Part shown: in pieces, positions 60,147 through 64,000 of the stretch
Layout of the letters: every line of letters starts with the position of its first letter
How positions within the stretch are numbered: position 1 is the first letter of the stretch
DNA from: Eledone cirrhosa
Taxonomy: Eukaryota
Assembly: GCA_964016885.1 (NCBI GenBank)
Contig: OZ024746.1
Coordinates: 10,788,001 to 10,852,000 of the forward strand
Direction of reading: 5' to 3'
DNA length: 64,000 nucleotides
Notes under the pieces: generated by a model
Databases searched by the model: none
Seen by the model: only the letters and a program-made list of their open reading frames with translations
What the model was told of the DNA's origin: nothing
Translations under genes and position numbers: made by a program

Positions 60147-61228
60147 AATTCCATATATGGTCAAAGTGATTGTCAAAAGTCAGTAGTAATTCTGTGATAG
60201 CAAATTAGTAGGGGAGATGGTGGCTAAACCTGCCAGTAGGAGAAAGAGGGGAGGGGGTGGAGTAGACCCAATCAAGCGTTGGTAGTGCCAGCTACAGCTG
60301 GGCATGAGGTCAAAGAAGATACTGGGGAGGGGGAGGGGGAGGAAGTCGGAACGGTAGGTAGAACAATGAGGGTAAAAATATATATGAAAGAAAAAATACT
60401 GGGAGTGAAGAAAAGCGAATAAGTGTAAAGAAAAAAGTAAATTCTACGACCTAAGTCTCTAGCTATTGTTAGGCTAGATAAATAAATAAATAAAGAAAGA
60501 AAGAAGTAAAGAAGCAAAGAAATAAATAAAGAAATAACGAAATAAGTAAAAGAACTAGGTGGGACGGAATAGGCGAGGACCCTTTTAAGAGGTATAAGTA
60601 CGTAAATCATACGGTGACGGGTCAACAAGTGGGGCCAAAATACTAAAGAGACTACCACGAAACAAATAATAAAGGTTTCTATCCCGGGCACAATGCCAGC
60701 AACCACCCAGTGCGGCAAAGTAAACTTGTACGTGATAATAATTCTGAGTCCCGAAAAAAATATACAAGCTACATGAAAGTTCGTACGAAGTAAGGGTGGA
60801 ATACGGAAAAATAAATTCAGGATCCACCCCGCCCAAAAGAAAAGCGAAGAAAGAAATACTGGAACGAGAAAATAAGGCATAAGTGCCACTAAGAAATATA
60901 GAAGGCACGGAAAATAGTGGGAGCGGTCGGAAAAATGGGGCAAGTATCCGGGGTCTAAACCAACTGCTATAAAAAGCGGAGTCCGCCAAATCTATCATAG
61001 ACTAGGGGAGGGGGTGGGGGTACTAAGGCTACAAGGGGCCAAAGGGCAGCCTCGGGTGGGCGAGAAAAGACGCCGACAAAGAAGAAGAGCTGGGGTAGAA
61101 GGACTAAGGAAGGATGGGGGGAGGAAATAAAGGAAGCGATAAAAGAATAAAAAGAAGATCTTACGTCTCCCTTGGCAAGCAGGGGTTACCCATTGCAAAA
61201 TCGGCAAGTGGGGTGTTATAGCCCTAGT

Positions 61229-61771
61229 CTACCCCCCTCCCGGGTCATTATGGGGTTTGAGGGCGAGGTAAGTCCTACGCAATCTATGTTTACATGCAGT
61301 AACCAGTTCATCTTTCTTGTTTAGGAGTTGGTCCGTCGAAAACAGCATTTGTAAAGTTTCCTCCGAGCATAAATTGCACGGACGGCGTCCTCCCGTGTAA
61401 GAATTGGCTCTAGACAGTAATCTCCAAGTGAGATCATAGGTGATGTTGTTGTCCTTGAGGTCCCATATGTGGCCCGAAAGTGTAGTGGCGTGACGCCGGG
61501 CCGGGTTTCGGAAGGTATGTCTATGTTGGTATAGCCGGGTCTTGAAGTCACATGCGGTAAGTCCTATATAGGCTTTGTTGGAGGTATCCGTCCTCACGTT
61601 GCACTGGTAGATCACATTACGGTCTCTGCATCTATTGTCGAGTGGGCAAATGGATCTATCCGGACAGTTACACCTCCTGGTCGGTTCTCCACTGTTATTT
61701 AGGTTATTTCTGCCATCGGGGTTGAGTTTTTTGTTGTTAGAGGAGACGATGTTTTGTGCGAAGTTTGGTGT
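61229..61771 (-). CDS. PLE linker + GIY-YIG endonuclease domain (5'-truncated, open frame)
   Basis: TPNFAQNIVSSNNKKLN...CNCPDRSICPLDNRC-RDRNVIYQC...YIGLTACDFKTRLYQH...T.LS.HIW...CNLCSEE...LLNKKDELVTACKH. The frame stays open upstream of the annotated GTG start. Confidence 0.88.
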   Translation of the reverse strand, partial: TPNFAQNIVSSNNKKLNPDGRNNLNNSGEPTRRCNCPDRSICPLDNRCRDRNVIYQCNVRTDTSNKAYIGLTACDFKTRLYQHRHTFRNPARRHATTLSGHIWDLKDNNITYDLTWRLLSRANSYTGGRRPCNLCSEETLQMLFSTDQLLNKKDELVTACKHRLRRTYLALKPHNDPGGG

Positions 61772-61914
61772 AGCACTACCAACGCTTGATTGGGTCTACT
61801 CCACCCCCTCCCCTCTTTCTCCTACTGGCAGGTTTAGCCACCATCTCCCCTACTAATTTGCTATCACAGAATTACTACTGAGTTTTGACAATCACTTTGA
61901 CCATATATGGAATT

Positions 61915-62008
61915 ACCCCTTGAGAAGATCGGCTATTTAAATACCAGGATAAATTTTCATTTAGTCCAGAATTAGCCGTCGAAACGGCATGAGCTCAGCC
62001 GTCGGGGT
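61915..62008 (+). ncRNA. Large type I HHR, U3:A8 core (inverted copy)
   Basis: Same fold as 60053-60146, with one stem III mismatch. Confidence 0.7.
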
Positions 62009-62184
62009 CTTACGGGTTCCTATATATATATATATATAAGATAAAAATACTTGAGTGCATTAGAGTCAAACACACTCGTCGTATTAGAGAAATGACAGTA
62101 TAAGATATAGCTCAATGTTATCAAACAGAGCCGAAAAATTATATAAATTAACAAAGAAGCCTTTAATACATTAAAAATCTTTAT

Positions 62185-62233
62185 TTGCTGACAATGTTTC
62201 GTCCCATTAATTAATTAGGACTCATCAGAGCAA
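62185..62233 (-). ncRNA. Canonical-core minimal type I HHR
   Basis: TTGCT-CTGATGA-GTCC-TAATTAATTAATG-GGAC-GAAA-C-ATT-G-TC^AGCAA (GUC triplet). Insert begins at (TA)n 62038. Confidence 0.8.
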
Positions 62234-62946
62234 GGGAAAGACAAAAAATATCATCGGCTAGAACAAGCCAAAATTCAGAAGAATAGCGAATGGATATTTA
62301 GGAAAATTATCATGGAAAGACATGTTAAACCTAATAGGGTGCATTGGTAAATAAAAACTATAGGACAAGAGAGCAAACAAACATTAAAACATCCACGTTA
62401 AAAGTACAATATAAATCTAATACTCGAAATACAACATAGTAATATAATGCGAGAAATAAGATATAAAAATGATAATATAATATACAAAACAATGCAATAC
62501 ATAATACAGAAATAAAATTTAATATATATATATACACGCAATCACACACATATATATACACACACATATACATATTTACACATACACATATTAACACAAA
62601 TATATAAATATAAGCACTATAATAGAATAATCACCCTGACGGTGTGATTAAACAATATTAAAATCAATGAAAAAAATATTGACATTAAAAAATATATAAA
62701 TACTTCCAACGTACCATGCAAAGTCAACAAAACGTGTATAAAAACATAATGTATTCCACAGGGTAAAAAATAATACCATAAAATAAAATAAAGTATGGTA
62801 AAAAAAAAATATATATATAATAGACAATAAATATACAGAGATATAGGCAATTCAAATACATATAATATTACATATTAATATTACAAAAGCAGACACATAA
62901 TTGCAAGGAAGAAAGATTTAACTCATATTTACTTAATATATTCATC

Positions 62947-62984
<38 letters not shown>

Positions 62985-64000
62985 ATTAAATAAATGGAAA
63001 CTATATTTATAAAACCATATTTATTTCATTATATATATTTCAGGGATATCATATTAACAATATGCTATGCCTTCCTCAGACAAAATACAGTATAAACAGT
63101 TTTATAGATAAATAGATTCGACATACCGTAACAACATCGACTTGTATTTGAAAAAGTTGAATTGGCAGTGAAAAAATTGTACACAGAGAGAAAGAAAGAG
63201 AGAAAAAAGAGAGAAAAAAGGAAAGAAAGACAGAAAACGAAGAAAAAGAAGAAAAAGAAGAAATGCATGGAACAAAATAGAGAGATGGAAAGATAGATAA
63301 AGAGAAGAACTTCATGTAAAGAAACAGAGAGATATATATATATATATAGAGAGAGGAAATAGAGATAGATACATATATATAGAAAACTAGGTAGTGGGAC
63401 GTCTGTTGAGTAAACGTATCAATGATACATTTATTTATTTATTTATTTATTTAGCTCTAGTATTAATGTAAGGGAGATATATGAAGAGAAACCAGCTGTT
63501 ATATATAGAGAGAAAAAATATAGAGAGAGAAAAAAAATTTAAAAATAACCAGACATAGGCGAGGCGTAAAAACCCTATGTTTTAATGTAGAGGTATTAGT
63601 ATTTATAAAAACCAGCCACTATATTGTAAATATCAGATTAAACTCAACGTTTAAATATAAATTTAAATTTAAAATGTAGTATATTTAGTTTGATTTATAA
63701 TTATATGGGAAACTAGCCGATAAATCTTTGATTCCTTCTTTTTATTCTTTTTATTTTTATTTTTATTTTTATTTTTATTTAAACATTCTTCATGAAAAAT
63801 TAAGCTACCCTAAAAGTTGATGCTCCAAATATTTCGAATAAACGTTACACTAGATAAACTTCTATATTAAATATAAGAACACATGTAGACCAAATGGGCA
63901 TCCTAAACTTTTTGAAATGATCTTTGCTAGATGCGATTTGATAGATAATTTTTGGCTTTATCTGTTTTTCGACTCTGATGCTTATAATGAACTTGGCAAT

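Larger units (their letters stand above)
59958..62022 (-). mobile_element. 5'-truncated Naiad-type Penelope-like element with inverted pLTR, in (TA)n
   Basis: GIY-YIG ORF, CxCx5Cx5C linker, 250-bp inverted repeat 60039-60288 / 61773-62022, (TA)n on both sides. Confidence 0.88.

Noticed and set aside
60272-60998. 223-aa hydrophobic ORF inside the PLE
   Set aside because: A pyrimidine-rich 3'UTR lacking stops by composition; no recognisable domain.

Overview
AT-rich eukaryotic (animal) non-genic DNA, saturated with (TA)n, (CA)n, (TATG)n, (AAT)n and (GA)n microsatellites. The repeat make-up suggests a cephalopod such as octopus, but that is inference only. I found no host protein-coding exon, and almost all ORFs in the track are translations of simple repeats. 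Recognisable content is transposon-derived. (1) About 11 copies of a tRNA-derived SINE. (2) Two groups of RLE-type (R4/Dong-like) LINEs, one ending in (AAT)n and one embedded in (CATA)n. (3) CR1/L2-like, RTE-like and CRE-like fragments, plus a bipartite non-autonomous RTE derivative. (4) A Naiad-type Penelope-like element (PLE) with a GIY-YIG endonuclease. (5) Most strikingly, at least 12-13 unrelated short elements, mostly in (TA)n tracts and often folded back as palindromes, each carrying a type I hammerhead ribozyme (HHR) that I folded by hand. These HHRs show recurrent non-canonical cores (U3:A8 covariation, U10.1-U11.1 mismatch, U4A), and one ~460-bp ORF-less HHR unit is present as both tandem and inverted copies. 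All structures and protein assignments were read by eye; no database search or folding program was run.
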